Shown: piece by piece, positions 50,208 through 59,499 of the stretch | Position numbering within the stretch: position 1 is the first letter of the stretch | How the letters are laid out: each line of letters opens with the position of its first letter | DNA from: Candidatus Bathyarchaeia archaeon | Lineage (GTDB): Archaea > Thermoproteota > Bathyarchaeia > Bathyarchaeales > Bathycorpusculaceae | Length of the DNA: 64,000 nucleotides | Assembly: GCA_049516875.1 (NCBI GenBank) | Contig: JBEKSS010000007.1 | Location: 160,001-224,000, forward strand | Reading direction: 5' to 3' | Program-made: the position numbers and the translations under genes | The notes under the pieces: model-generated | Told to the model about the DNA's origin: nothing | The model's input: the letters and a program-made list of their open reading frames with translations, nothing else | Databases searched by the model: none

Positions 50208-50750
50208 ATGCGAGTCGAGATCAGGTTTGCAGGTTTCGGCGGTCAAGGAATAATCAAGTCTGGAATAATCGTGGCGGCGGCAGCCTGCATCCACGCTGGA
50301 AAAAACGCGGTTCAGACGCAGTCCTACGGTCCTGAATCACGCGGTGGAGCATGTAAGTCGGAGGTTGTGATATCAGAAGAAGAGATTGATTTTCCGAAGG
50401 TGGTTGAACCTGACGTGCTTGTGCTAATGTCTCAGCACGCCTACAATGATTATGCTGAGGACGTGAAGTCTGGTGGTACCGTGATATTGGATCCTGGTAT
50501 GATTCCCCGCGAGAAGGATTTGAAGAACATGCGAGTATACCGTGTTCCAGCGACGAAAATCGCTGAAGAATTGGGTCGAAGAATAGTTGCCAACATCGTC
50601 ATGATTGGCGCATTTACTGCAATCACCGGGTTGTTGGATGAAAAAGCTGTGAAAGAGTCTATTAAAGAGAATATTCCGAGGGGTACGGAAGAGTTGAATT
50701 TAGCGGCTTTTGAGAAAGGATTTGAATACGGAAAAACTGCTAAAAGATAG
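50208..50750 (+). CDS. korC: 2-oxoacid:ferredoxin oxidoreductase gamma subunit
   Basis: AGFGGQG, SYGPESRGG, ANIVMIG. Confidence 0.9.
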   Translation: MRVEIRFAGFGGQGIIKSGIIVAAAACIHAGKNAVQTQSYGPESRGGACKSEVVISEEEIDFPKVVEPDVLVLMSQHAYNDYAEDVKSGGTVILDPGMIPREKDLKNMRVYRVPATKIAEELGRRIVANIVMIGAFTAITGLLDEKAVKESIKENIPRGTEELNLAAFEKGFEYGKTAKR

Positions 50751-50754
50751 CGGT

Positions 50755-51363
50755 CTACGCGGTTTGCTGAACTTGCGGTTGGGCCGGTGAGGCTATTACT
50801 TTTGAGCCTCTGATGCCGACGTGGCGCAGCGGAGCAATTCTTTTTGCTTCGTTGTATATGTCTGAAGCTATTTTTCCGAGGACTATTTCCTGTGCCAGTT
50901 GATCCATTGTGAGCACTTGAGCCTTCTGTTTTACGATTTTGTCCATTATGGTGCGCAGGATTTTTTCTTGCGATGTCTTGATTCTTGAAAGGGTGAAAGC
51001 GCTGACAGCTACCCTCAGTACGTATCCGTCCTTTGTTGTGACTTTGAACAGGCCATCAACTTTTGTTGTCCTTCTCCTAACGAGGCTTCGCAAATAGTCC
51101 CGGGAGTATTCGTGTCCCTTGAACATTGTTTTGGCCGTTTTTCCGTCAATTTCGGTTATCTGGAACCGCATTTTCAGGTATTGGTGAGCAAAATCGTTTG
51201 TTATGTCGTAGAGCGTCGAGTCAACCACTCTTCCAATGAGTTTCTGCGGTTCATCAGCGGGAATTCCTCCCAGTTCCACGCTTCCGAAGTAGGGTGGAGC
51301 CATCACCAAGTACCATAACTTGCTTCGCCATTTGTCACGCACTTTTTTTGTTTTTGAAGACAC
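50755..51363 (-). CDS. rps3ae: 30S ribosomal protein S3Ae (eS1)
   Basis: DKW..K.WY...AP, GR...TL.D.T.D, DY.RSLVRR, I.PLR. Confidence 0.92.
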   Translation of the reverse strand: MSSKTKKVRDKWRSKLWYLVMAPPYFGSVELGGIPADEPQKLIGRVVDSTLYDITNDFAHQYLKMRFQITEIDGKTAKTMFKGHEYSRDYLRSLVRRRTTKVDGLFKVTTKDGYVLRVAVSAFTLSRIKTSQEKILRTIMDKIVKQKAQVLTMDQLAQEIVLGKIASDIYNEAKRIAPLRHVGIRGSKVIASPAQPQVQQTA

Positions 51364-51413
51364 TTTTATCCTCCAGGTGCAGCTTGAATGTTCACATCAA
51401 AGTATTAAAAGTT

Positions 51414-52703
51414 TTACCGCTTGGAGGCTATTTTTTCGATTCCGCCCATGTATTTCCTTAACGCTTCAGGTATCATTACTGATCCGTCTTCCTGTTGGTA
51501 ATTCTCAAGGATGGCGACGATTGTTCTCCCTGTTGCCAGAGCTGTCGAGTTCAGGGTGTGCACGAAGCCTTTGGGTGCTTCGCCCTCCTTTTCTCGGTAC
51601 TTTACATTCAGTCTTCTAGCTTGATAGTCGGTGCAGTTGCTGCATGAAACTATCTCTCGGTAGGCGTTCTGGGCGGGCATCCATGCTTCAATATCGTATT
51701 TCTTCGCAGCTACGGTTCCAATATCGCCTGTGCACACGTTCACAACGCGGTAGGGGAGCTCGAGTTTCTGAACGATTTCTTCGGCGTTGTGTATCAATTC
51801 TTCGTGGATTCTCCATGAGTCTTCAGGTTTACAGAACACGAACTGTTCAACCTTGTTGAACTGGTGGGTTCGGAAGATTCCCCGCGTGTCCTTGCCGTGT
51901 GCTCCCGCTTCTTTCCTGAAGTTTGTGCTGAACCCGGCAAGCTTGAGAGGCAGGTCCTCTGCCTTCAGGACTTCGTCCATGTACATCGATGCCAAAGGGT
52001 GTTCGGCAGTGGCGATTAGGTACAGGTCTTCATTTTCAATCTTGTAAAGCACATCTTCAAAGTCGCTGAGAGCCACTACGCCTTCGTAGGGTTTCCGTCT
52101 GATTAGGTAGGGTGGTTCGATGGGAGTGTAGCCCTTCTTGCTCATTTCTTCTAGGGCGAAGTTGATTATGGCGTTGTCGAGGAAGACAGCGTCGTTCTTG
52201 AGGTAGAAGAATCGTGCCCCAGCGATTTTTCCCGCTCTTTCGATGTCTATGATGTCAAGGTCCAGGCCCAGGTCGATGTGGCCTTTTACTGGAAAACTGA
52301 ATTTGGGTATTCTGCCCCATTTTCTGATTTCAACGTTGTCGTTTTCGTCTTTGCCCGTGGGCACGGTTTCGTGAAGCAAGTTTGGCAGGCGCATCAGTAA
52401 GTCATGCACCTTTTCTTCCCATTCGCTGACGCGCTTCTCGAGAGTAGTGATTTCATTGTCAGTTGTTTTTGCCTTGGAGATTTTATCTGCAGCATCTTCC
52501 CCCTTTTTCTTCGCAGTGGCTATCTCGGCCGTTATCTGCCTTCTCTCGTGGCGGAGCTCGTTCAGTCTGGTTAAGCCTTGCCGCCACTGTTTGTCATAAC
52601 CGATCAGACTGTCGAGCATTCTCTGGTCTTCAGGGTCTCCTCTCTTCTCTAGGTTGTTTCTCACCAAGTCTGGGTTCTCGCGAATGAGCTTGATATCAAG
52701 CAT
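51414..52703 (-). CDS. serS: Seryl-tRNA synthetase
   Basis: MLDIKLIR, LIATAEHP, FRKEAG, EIVSCSNCTDYQARR, HTLNST. Confidence 0.95.
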   Translation of the reverse strand: MLDIKLIRENPDLVRNNLEKRGDPEDQRMLDSLIGYDKQWRQGLTRLNELRHERRQITAEIATAKKKGEDAADKISKAKTTDNEITTLEKRVSEWEEKVHDLLMRLPNLLHETVPTGKDENDNVEIRKWGRIPKFSFPVKGHIDLGLDLDIIDIERAGKIAGARFFYLKNDAVFLDNAIINFALEEMSKKGYTPIEPPYLIRRKPYEGVVALSDFEDVLYKIENEDLYLIATAEHPLASMYMDEVLKAEDLPLKLAGFSTNFRKEAGAHGKDTRGIFRTHQFNKVEQFVFCKPEDSWRIHEELIHNAEEIVQKLELPYRVVNVCTGDIGTVAAKKYDIEAWMPAQNAYREIVSCSNCTDYQARRLNVKYREKEGEAPKGFVHTLNSTALATGRTIVAILENYQQEDGSVMIPEALRKYMGGIEKIASKR

Positions 52704-52913
52704 TTTCTGTCACTTATAACCTCTAACGTAGCCTCGAATTGTTTATTTAACGTTGTGATAGAAGCCGTGGTCAGGCGACTATCTTTCGATTATTGAATCA
52801 CAGTTGGACTTGCGCGCGCTTGTTTTGTGTGTGTGCGTGTTTTTTTAGAGAGTAGGGGGGAGAGGGGTAGCGTATGCGTGTGCGTTAAGAAAAATGAGAG
52901 AGAGAAAGATAAG

Positions 52914-52931
52914 ACTTTACCCCCAAACCCA
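52914..52931 (-). repeat. TGGGTTTGGGGGTAAA motif copy
   Basis: Plus strand actttacccccaaaccca. Confidence 0.7.
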
Positions 52932-52986
52932 CCCCCGTTATTTTTATATCTTGTGCTGCCATGCTTACCTGTAGGAGGAAACTACT

Positions 52987-53310
52987 TTGGTCTTCGGTCT
53001 AGCTCGGAAGTCCAAATACGAAGAGTTGCAGAAACAGAACGATGAGTTGAAGGCGTACATGAATGTCGTGACTGGCCAGGTGGAGACGCTTCGAAGAGAG
53101 GTTGCAGAGTTAAGAAAGGAGACGAAGGCGTCTAAACAAAGAATCTGGCAGCTTCGAAAAGAAACTAACAACCTGCGTGTTCAAAAGGAGGGACTCGCAG
53201 ATTCTGTCGAAATCCTTACCAAGGAGAGGGAGATATTTCAAAAAACCATTCAAAACCTTTGGCAGGCGACAAGGAAACAAAAGCAGACTAATTTGGCTAG
53301 ATTTGCCTAG
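52987..53310 (+). CDS. Coiled-coil hypothetical protein
   Basis: AGGAGG RBS, continuous heptads. Confidence 0.6.
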   Translation: MVFGLARKSKYEELQKQNDELKAYMNVVTGQVETLRREVAELRKETKASKQRIWQLRKETNNLRVQKEGLADSVEILTKEREIFQKTIQNLWQATRKQKQTNLARFA

Positions 53311-53536
53311 GACGAGCGCGGAAGTCCGATTGATCTGAGGGCTCCCATTGTTGAGCTGGGCCCAAACCTATTAGCCAGCAAGCGACGGACCGCGTACAAT
53401 CGGTTTTTCTGTTTTGCCGAGATTCTGCCATACTTCTTGGATAAGAAACGAATCAGCAGGCACCTCTATTATAACAATGACGACGGTAGGCCACCTTTCG
53501 AGTTTGGATGGTATACTTGTCGAGTGGGTTAAGCTG

Positions 53537-53570
53537 TGGGTTTTGGGGGTAAAGTTCTATCCCAAACCCA
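53537..53570 (+). repeat. TGGGTTTGGGGGTAAA motif copy forming an imperfect hairpin
   Basis: tgggttttggg-ggtaaagttctat-cccaaaccca. Confidence 0.7.
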
Positions 53571-53600
53571 AACTGAGAAAAGAAAAAACTGGGTGGCACT

Positions 53601-54599
53601 TCAGATCGTTGCGGTTTCCTTCTTGACTATGTTCAGTTTTTCTGCTATGGTTGCGAAGTTCTGCGTGGATTTGGGTCTCAGGATTATTCTGTCTGCACGG
53701 AATCTCTTTCCAAGGGATAGAACCCAGAACCATGTTGGCAGACGGTCAATAATGAAAATGGTCACATGCTCTTCTTTTTTAGCTCGAAATGATGGTAGAG
53801 GCCTGAGAAAGAACCATCGTTGTTTCTCTTCCTTCGTGACAGTATATCCATATATCTTGTTGATTTCGTATAGTCTGAAAAAGTTGAGGAAAGGAGCCTC
53901 GATGAGCAAGCCCCCAGTCGATAGGTAAATCTTTACGTATGCAAGTGCAATCGATGAAAAGACGCCAAATACGGTTATGAAAACCAAAACAAGGTATAGC
54001 CATGGATAGCTAGGAATAAGCACGGGCGCTTGAGAAATGAATGCCAGAATGAAAGCCCATTGCAAGAAGACCCATCTTCCGCCAATGTTTTGCTGAAACA
54101 GAACGCTTTCAAAATACTTTGCCTGTCTCCTCTTACTCACCGAGTAAACAACGCTAAGAGAACCTAATAACAAGGGAATCATAGCATACATCAGCGCCGG
54201 ATGTGCGTATGCTGGGGCGGTTGTAAGCACTTCACCATAGACGAAATATCCCGAGGACTGTGAGATGTAGACTTGCCATGAGCCACATTCTGGCACGGGA
54301 TAATCCTCATTTACAGTTTCGTTTTGCCATTGCGCCAAGGTGGTACCGTTCGGCGCATCAATTCTTACGATAACTGGTTCTATTGACCTTACACGGATAT
54401 GAATTGTATCTGGCAATGTAAGAATAAGAATTTCGCAACGATCGGGCGCTAATCCTCCCACGACCCTTCCAGTCTTAGATATTCCTGCTCCTCCACCTGC
54501 ATAGTAGACAGGAAGTCCAGTTCCATAAACCAAGAAAAACATTCCAAATACCAGAAGCATAATGCCGATTATCGCCAGAGACTTCCACCGCAACATCAA
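53601..54599 (-). CDS. Hypothetical membrane protein
   Basis: N-terminal TM, extracellular beta domain, three further TM helices. Confidence 0.6.
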   Translation of the reverse strand: MMLRWKSLAIIGIMLLVFGMFFLVYGTGLPVYYAGGGAGISKTGRVVGGLAPDRCEILILTLPDTIHIRVRSIEPVIVRIDAPNGTTLAQWQNETVNEDYPVPECGSWQVYISQSSGYFVYGEVLTTAPAYAHPALMYAMIPLLLGSLSVVYSVSKRRQAKYFESVLFQQNIGGRWVFLQWAFILAFISQAPVLIPSYPWLYLVLVFITVFGVFSSIALAYVKIYLSTGGLLIEAPFLNFFRLYEINKIYGYTVTKEEKQRWFFLRPLPSFRAKKEEHVTIFIIDRLPTWFWVLSLGKRFRADRIILRPKSTQNFATIAEKLNIVKKETATI

Positions 54600-54859
54600 T
54601 CAGAGAATCGTGAGTTGCCTCAACCTAAATAACTTTCCTTCCACACTGTATTTGCCATCCTAATCAAAAAGGCACGGGGCTTCCTGCAACAAACTTGAGC
54701 AAAGGAGTGGACAGAAAATAAATACTCGTTTCTATGACCATAGTAGTGATTGATGATGGGTGCCCGTCATCTGATTCCTTATCAGGGTAGCAAACGAGGG
54801 ATAGCAAATAAAATACGCGATTGTTTTCGCGCGCGCTGGAAGATTTGGCCACGTTTGCC

Positions 54860-55390
54860 CTATTCTCTTTTTGCACTCATTTCCAATAGATGTTTTGCAA
54901 CGGTTGAGAAGGTCAAGTATCGATAGTGGACTTTGTCATTAAGGTCTATTATGAAACTGTGGAGTTCAAATCTGCTTGAGGAAGCAAACTGTTTCAGCCA
55001 TCGTTGGAACTCAACGTATTTGGAATAGGTCTCATGGAGAGAAATCACCACGCCATTAGCATCTTCGCCTACGCCTCTCTCGATCATCACGGCCTGAGGT
55101 ATTTCCGCCAACCGTTTTCCATATTCTTCAATGAGCTCCCTCATGGCTTGCAGGTCAGCTGGCGTTTCGAAATTTGCAAAAGTCAAGGCGCATATCTGAT
55201 ATCCGAGTTTGTTGAAATCTGGGATAACAGTGTATTCTTTGAGAACGCCATTCTTCTCTAACTTCGCTATTGTTCTACTCACAGTAGGCTGAGAGACTCC
55301 AATTGCTTTCGCAAGTTCTCTGTCGCTTCTCCGACTGTTCTTCATAAGCTCTGAAATCAGTCTCAGCTCAGCAGTTTTCATACGCAACAA
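54860..55390 (-). CDS. Lrp/AsnC-like HTH regulator
   Basis: ELMKNSRRSDRELAKAIGVSQPTVSR, EYTVIPDF.KLGY. Confidence 0.82.
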   Translation of the reverse strand: MLRMKTAELRLISELMKNSRRSDRELAKAIGVSQPTVSRTIAKLEKNGVLKEYTVIPDFNKLGYQICALTFANFETPADLQAMRELIEEYGKRLAEIPQAVMIERGVGEDANGVVISLHETYSKYVEFQRWLKQFASSSRFELHSFIIDLNDKVHYRYLTFSTVAKHLLEMSAKRE

Positions 55391-55508
55391 CTACTTATAT
55401 TGCAGTTTGTCTTCAGTTAAGCTTTTTGTTTCATTCTATTCAAGTATGCGTACAGACGCACATGTGAATAAATGCATCATCGTCGTTGTCATCGTCACAA
55501 AACAATCG

Positions 55509-55547
55509 TTTTGGGTTTGGGGGTAAAATTTTATCCATCCAACCAAA
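55509..55547 (+). repeat. TGGGTTTGGGGGTAAA motif copy with palindromic centre
   Basis: ttttgggtttgg-gggtaaaa|ttttatcc-atccaaccaaa. Confidence 0.7.
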
Positions 55548-55813
55548 TCGATAGGTAATGATAGAATATCTCAGTCGGGTTGGAATTTGTCTGGAACGTG
55601 ATTTCTGAGAGAAACAGGTGGTAGGGAAGGAGCACTGCTCGTTTGAGCAGCGTATGCTTGATTCAGGTGGCGTTGATGAAGAGAATCACAGGCGCGCTCT
55701 CTCTGTGTCTAGTCTTTGAGACCGTACTAGCTTCTGGAACATGATGTACTAAGGCTTAGGATAAAATCCTGCAAGTGCGCTCTATAGGGTGACTGTGACA
55801 GGTTCATGTTTGG

Positions 55814-57118
55814 TTGGTGAACAAGATGAAGAAGCTCCTCACGTTGGTCACGCTCGGGGTGTTGTTCGTTGCCTTGTGTTTTACCGCGTTTCCACGGTTT
55901 CCCATGTTTAACGTTGCGAGTGCGTCGTCCATTTTGCCTGTTAATGATGCGGAATATGCAAATGGTACCATTGCTATCCCAGATTCGCCCTGCCTCATTT
56001 GGTATGATTGGATTAACGTTTCCAGCACTCAGGTTATCAACTACGTGCTATACACTAACTCCGACTACCCCTACCCTACGCCAATCGCCAATCTTGTAGG
56101 GCAGAACTTACAATTGTTTGATGGTACGGAGGTTTTTGTGGTAAGCGCATTGGACAAGATGGAGGTCTACAGAGACCAAAACGGCGATGGCATTCCGCAG
56201 GCCAACTTCACTTCTGGAGACAGCGAAATCCTATATTGGATGTTCATGAACATGAGCGACAGCTATAACATAATCCCTATTCAAAAGACGATGGAAGGCG
56301 ATGTTCCGCACTACCAGTGGGGTTTCACCTACGTAAACGTCTATGCATATCTCGAGAACGCCACAGGTCCCATCGGCGTTGTGGCCAAGTTGATATTAGA
56401 CCACTTGACCGTAAGCTACGATTTCAGCCTAAACGGCAACGTCTCAAACCTGAAAACGAACTTCGATATCGGAAAAGTCGCTAGCATGAGTGTATTAGAT
56501 TCTTCACAGCTTTCACTGGATGGTTTGAGCTTGGCTTTGCTCTACCCAACTTCAACGTACGCGTCGGAGCCGTACTCAACCTACGTAGACGGCCAACCGT
56601 ACAACTCGACAAGCGCGAACGATTCAGCCGTAAACGCGGAAGTTGCGCGGGTTGCGGTGGGCAACACGAAAGCGTATGATTTTGTTTTTGGCGGCAACTA
56701 TACCCTTATCCGAGGCGAAAACAATGAAACTCACGCGACTAAAGCTGAGGTCGCCGCGCTTTCCAGCATTCCAATCGAGATTTATGGGCCGGTTGTGTGG
56801 CAGACGAGCTTTTTCACAGATGAACTAAAATTCCATGGCCTATTCGGGGGTTCATGGCCGGATGTCGCGATAGATTACAGCGCGTCTTCACTGATATACA
56901 GGATTTGTTTTCCAGTCTGGGACGGATTGCAAATTCAAAACGATCCGGTTTATGTTGGCTACTTGTTCAGTAGCACAGAGATCCCCGAAATTCCGACAAC
57001 AGTAATCTTGCCACTCATATTCATTGCTGCAACGTCGCTAGTTCTTCTGTTCGCAAAGAAGCGCAAATTCAACTTCACCCAAGCAAAAAAGACGCTGTCC
57101 CTTCTGGCGTGCACTTGA
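55814..57118 (+). CDS. Secreted surface (glyco)protein with PEF-CTERM-like anchor
   Basis: Signal peptide, many N-x-S/T sequons, DQNGDG loop, C-terminal IPEIP-TM-KKRK. Confidence 0.7.
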   Translation: MVNKMKKLLTLVTLGVLFVALCFTAFPRFPMFNVASASSILPVNDAEYANGTIAIPDSPCLIWYDWINVSSTQVINYVLYTNSDYPYPTPIANLVGQNLQLFDGTEVFVVSALDKMEVYRDQNGDGIPQANFTSGDSEILYWMFMNMSDSYNIIPIQKTMEGDVPHYQWGFTYVNVYAYLENATGPIGVVAKLILDHLTVSYDFSLNGNVSNLKTNFDIGKVASMSVLDSSQLSLDGLSLALLYPTSTYASEPYSTYVDGQPYNSTSANDSAVNAEVARVAVGNTKAYDFVFGGNYTLIRGENNETHATKAEVAALSSIPIEIYGPVVWQTSFFTDELKFHGLFGGSWPDVAIDYSASSLIYRICFPVWDGLQIQNDPVYVGYLFSSTEIPEIPTTVILPLIFIAATSLVLLFAKKRKFNFTQAKKTLSLLACT

Positions 57119-57265
57119 GTCCTTTCATTAGTTCATTCGCCTCGGAACGGTCTAGGCGTTGCCTTCATCTTTAGTCTGGTGAATGTTGCAGAAAGTTATT
57201 CGATGTGTGCGCTAGCTATAAAAGGCGAAGGTTTGTTATTATGAATCGTTGAAGCTTGGGAAATC

Positions 57266-57604
57266 ATGAGTGAAGGATCTGAGGGTGGCAAACCGGTTTC
57301 GCCTGAAAAACTTTTGATTGATGACCCCTCCAACTTTCTGTTTCACGCCGCCTATCTTGCTTATTCTGAGGCGTTTGACAAGACGGCTGACCCTGAGGGT
57401 AAGAAACAGCTCAACGAGAACATCGTGGCTCTTCAACAGAACCAGATAGACTGCCCGACTTTCTACAGAAATATCGGTCGCTACCGTGAAGACAGTGGTC
57501 CAGCTCCCCGCCAGTATGGGCGAATGATGATTAAAACGCAGAGGAAGCGAGAGTGGCGCAAGCAAACGCAAAAACACGAGAGGATCCAGCGGCACAAGAA
57601 ATAA
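57266..57604 (+). CDS. Hypothetical protein with basic C-terminus
   Basis: 112-aa ORF co-oriented with neighbours. Confidence 0.55.
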   Translation: MSEGSEGGKPVSPEKLLIDDPSNFLFHAAYLAYSEAFDKTADPEGKKQLNENIVALQQNQIDCPTFYRNIGRYREDSGPAPRQYGRMMIKTQRKREWRKQTQKHERIQRHKK

Positions 57605-57668
57605 GCGGCCTCCACAATTCTCAATTCATGAAGTCGATTCTGTAGAGCTGCTGCAGTGAGACCAAGAC

Positions 57669-58691
57669 TTGGTGAAGGATTTGCGCGGTTGGAAATCTCT
57701 CTTGAAAGCAGATCCAACAGAGTGGTTGCTGGGTGAGGACAATCCCTCCGTCCGCTGCTTCACGTTGACTGACATTTTGGAGAAGGGCGAGAACGATCCC
57801 GACGTGAAAAAGTCGAGGAAAGCAATCATGCAGACTGGTGCGGTGCCCAGGATCTTGGCCAAACAGAAGAGCGGTGGCTACTGGGGAGTCCCTGAGAATT
57901 TTTACGTAAAAGGCAAGTACAAGGGGACTGTTTGGCAGCTCATGATTCTGGCGGAGCTTGGGGCAAACCTAGAAGAAAAGCGCGTGAGAAAGGCTTGTGA
58001 ATTCATACTTGAGAATTCACAGGATCGAGAAAGTGGCGGTTTTTCCTACATGAGCGCCTCAAGCGGCGGAGGAGCGCATGGCAAAGTGTTGCCGTGTCTG
58101 ACGGGTAACATGGTTTGGAGCCTGATCAGACTTGGCTATCTGAAGGATGCTCGCGTTCAGAAGGGGATACAGTGGATCGTCAAGTATCAGAGGTTCGATG
58201 ACGGAGTGAAAGATGCGGCAAAAGGGTGGCCTTACGATAAGCACGAGGATTGCTGGGGTAGACACAGCTGTCATATGGGTGTGGTTAAAGCCTTGAAAGC
58301 GTTGGCGGAAATCCCTGAAGATGAAAGATCCGAGGATGTGAAGTGCACTGTTGAGAAAGGAGCTGAATACATCCTTAAGCATCATATTCACAAGAGAAGT
58401 CACGATTTGACGCATGTGTCTAAGCCTGAGTGGCTACGGTTTGGTTTTCCCCTAATGTGGAACACTGACGCCTTGGAGATATTGAGCATCTTGACGAAGC
58501 TGGGCTACCATGACAGACGCATGCAGGAGGCTGTCGATTTGGTCGTTTCAAAACAGGACGAAACGGGCAGGTGGAGGCTAGAACGCAGTTTCAACGGACG
58601 TTTTCAGGTGAACATCGAGCAAGAGGGCAAGCCGAGCAAGTGGATTACCTTGAACGCGCTCAGGGTCCTAAAACGTTTTTACACTCCGTGA
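57669..58691 (+). CDS. Prenyltransferase/squalene-cyclase-repeat protein
   Basis: QW-like repeats Q..GGYW, QD..SGGF, QRFDDG, QDETGRW; SKWITL.AL. Confidence 0.72.
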   Translation: MVKDLRGWKSLLKADPTEWLLGEDNPSVRCFTLTDILEKGENDPDVKKSRKAIMQTGAVPRILAKQKSGGYWGVPENFYVKGKYKGTVWQLMILAELGANLEEKRVRKACEFILENSQDRESGGFSYMSASSGGGAHGKVLPCLTGNMVWSLIRLGYLKDARVQKGIQWIVKYQRFDDGVKDAAKGWPYDKHEDCWGRHSCHMGVVKALKALAEIPEDERSEDVKCTVEKGAEYILKHHIHKRSHDLTHVSKPEWLRFGFPLMWNTDALEILSILTKLGYHDRRMQEAVDLVVSKQDETGRWRLERSFNGRFQVNIEQEGKPSKWITLNALRVLKRFYTP

Positions 58692-58860
58692 ATGCGCACT
58701 AAGATGGGCCATTGCGCGCGCGGAAAGCTTCATTTACTCCAAACCTGAACTGTCTGCATACTTCGCGCGTTGTTTCCTTTTTTCCAGTGTGATTTGAGTA
58801 TATCTGTGATCATGGCATAATGTTTCTGCTCACCAAAAAATCCCAAACGTCAGATATATC

Positions 58861-59499
58861 ATGTCTCTACAAGCTTATATTTCCTCTCGAGTTATAGAGT
58901 CAGCCGTGAAAACCGACCTTCTCAAGTATTGGAGCCTGACTGCTGATGAACTAAGCGAAATCATAAGTGCGAGCCCGAGCCTGAGGGGAATGATGGCAGG
59001 GTATGTGGCTGAGCACAAGTTGAAGGATTTTTTGATGGAGAGCGGTAAGGTAGTTGGCAATATAGGAAAGTATGATGATCATGACAGGGAAAAGAGAGGA
59101 GACTTGTTCATAGTCTACAAAGGCAAGAAAGTCGGTATTGAAGTGAAAAGCTTGCAGACTAACTCAATCAAAGAGACGGATGGGAAATTCAAGGCAAGAT
59201 TCCAATGTGATGCGAGTGATAGGAGAGAAGTTGAGCTTCCGAACGGGAACAAGATTGAAACCACGTGCCTGGTTGCTGGAGAATTCGACTTGCTGGCGGT
59301 CAATTTGTTTGCATTTCACGAGAAATGGGAATTTGCGTTTGCGAAGAATCTAGACTTACCGAGAACTGCGCATAGTAAATACACGCCTGAACAGAGAAAG
59401 TATCTATTAGCCACGCTGATGGAAATCACTTGGCCTCTGCAACCTCCTTTCCAGAGCGACCCTTTTCCACTTCCGAATGAGATTGCCCAGACTTCTTGA
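58861..59499 (+). CDS. Putative PD-(D/E)xK restriction endonuclease
   Basis: GYVAE...GDL.....IEVKS; convergent with a DNA methyltransferase. Confidence 0.65.
   Translation: MSLQAYISSRVIESAVKTDLLKYWSLTADELSEIISASPSLRGMMAGYVAEHKLKDFLMESGKVVGNIGKYDDHDREKRGDLFIVYKGKKVGIEVKSLQTNSIKETDGKFKARFQCDASDRREVELPNGNKIETTCLVAGEFDLLAVNLFAFHEKWEFAFAKNLDLPRTAHSKYTPEQRKYLLATLMEITWPLQPPFQSDPFPLPNEIAQTS

Noticed and set aside
53537-53570. Hairpin motif as an Xer/dif site
   Set aside because: Arm spacing does not fit the 11-6-11 layout, and there are several copies.
57669-58691. Nitrogenase NifH label sometimes given to this family
   Set aside because: No P-loop or NifH Cys motifs; QW-like repeats point to a prenyltransferase/cyclase fold.
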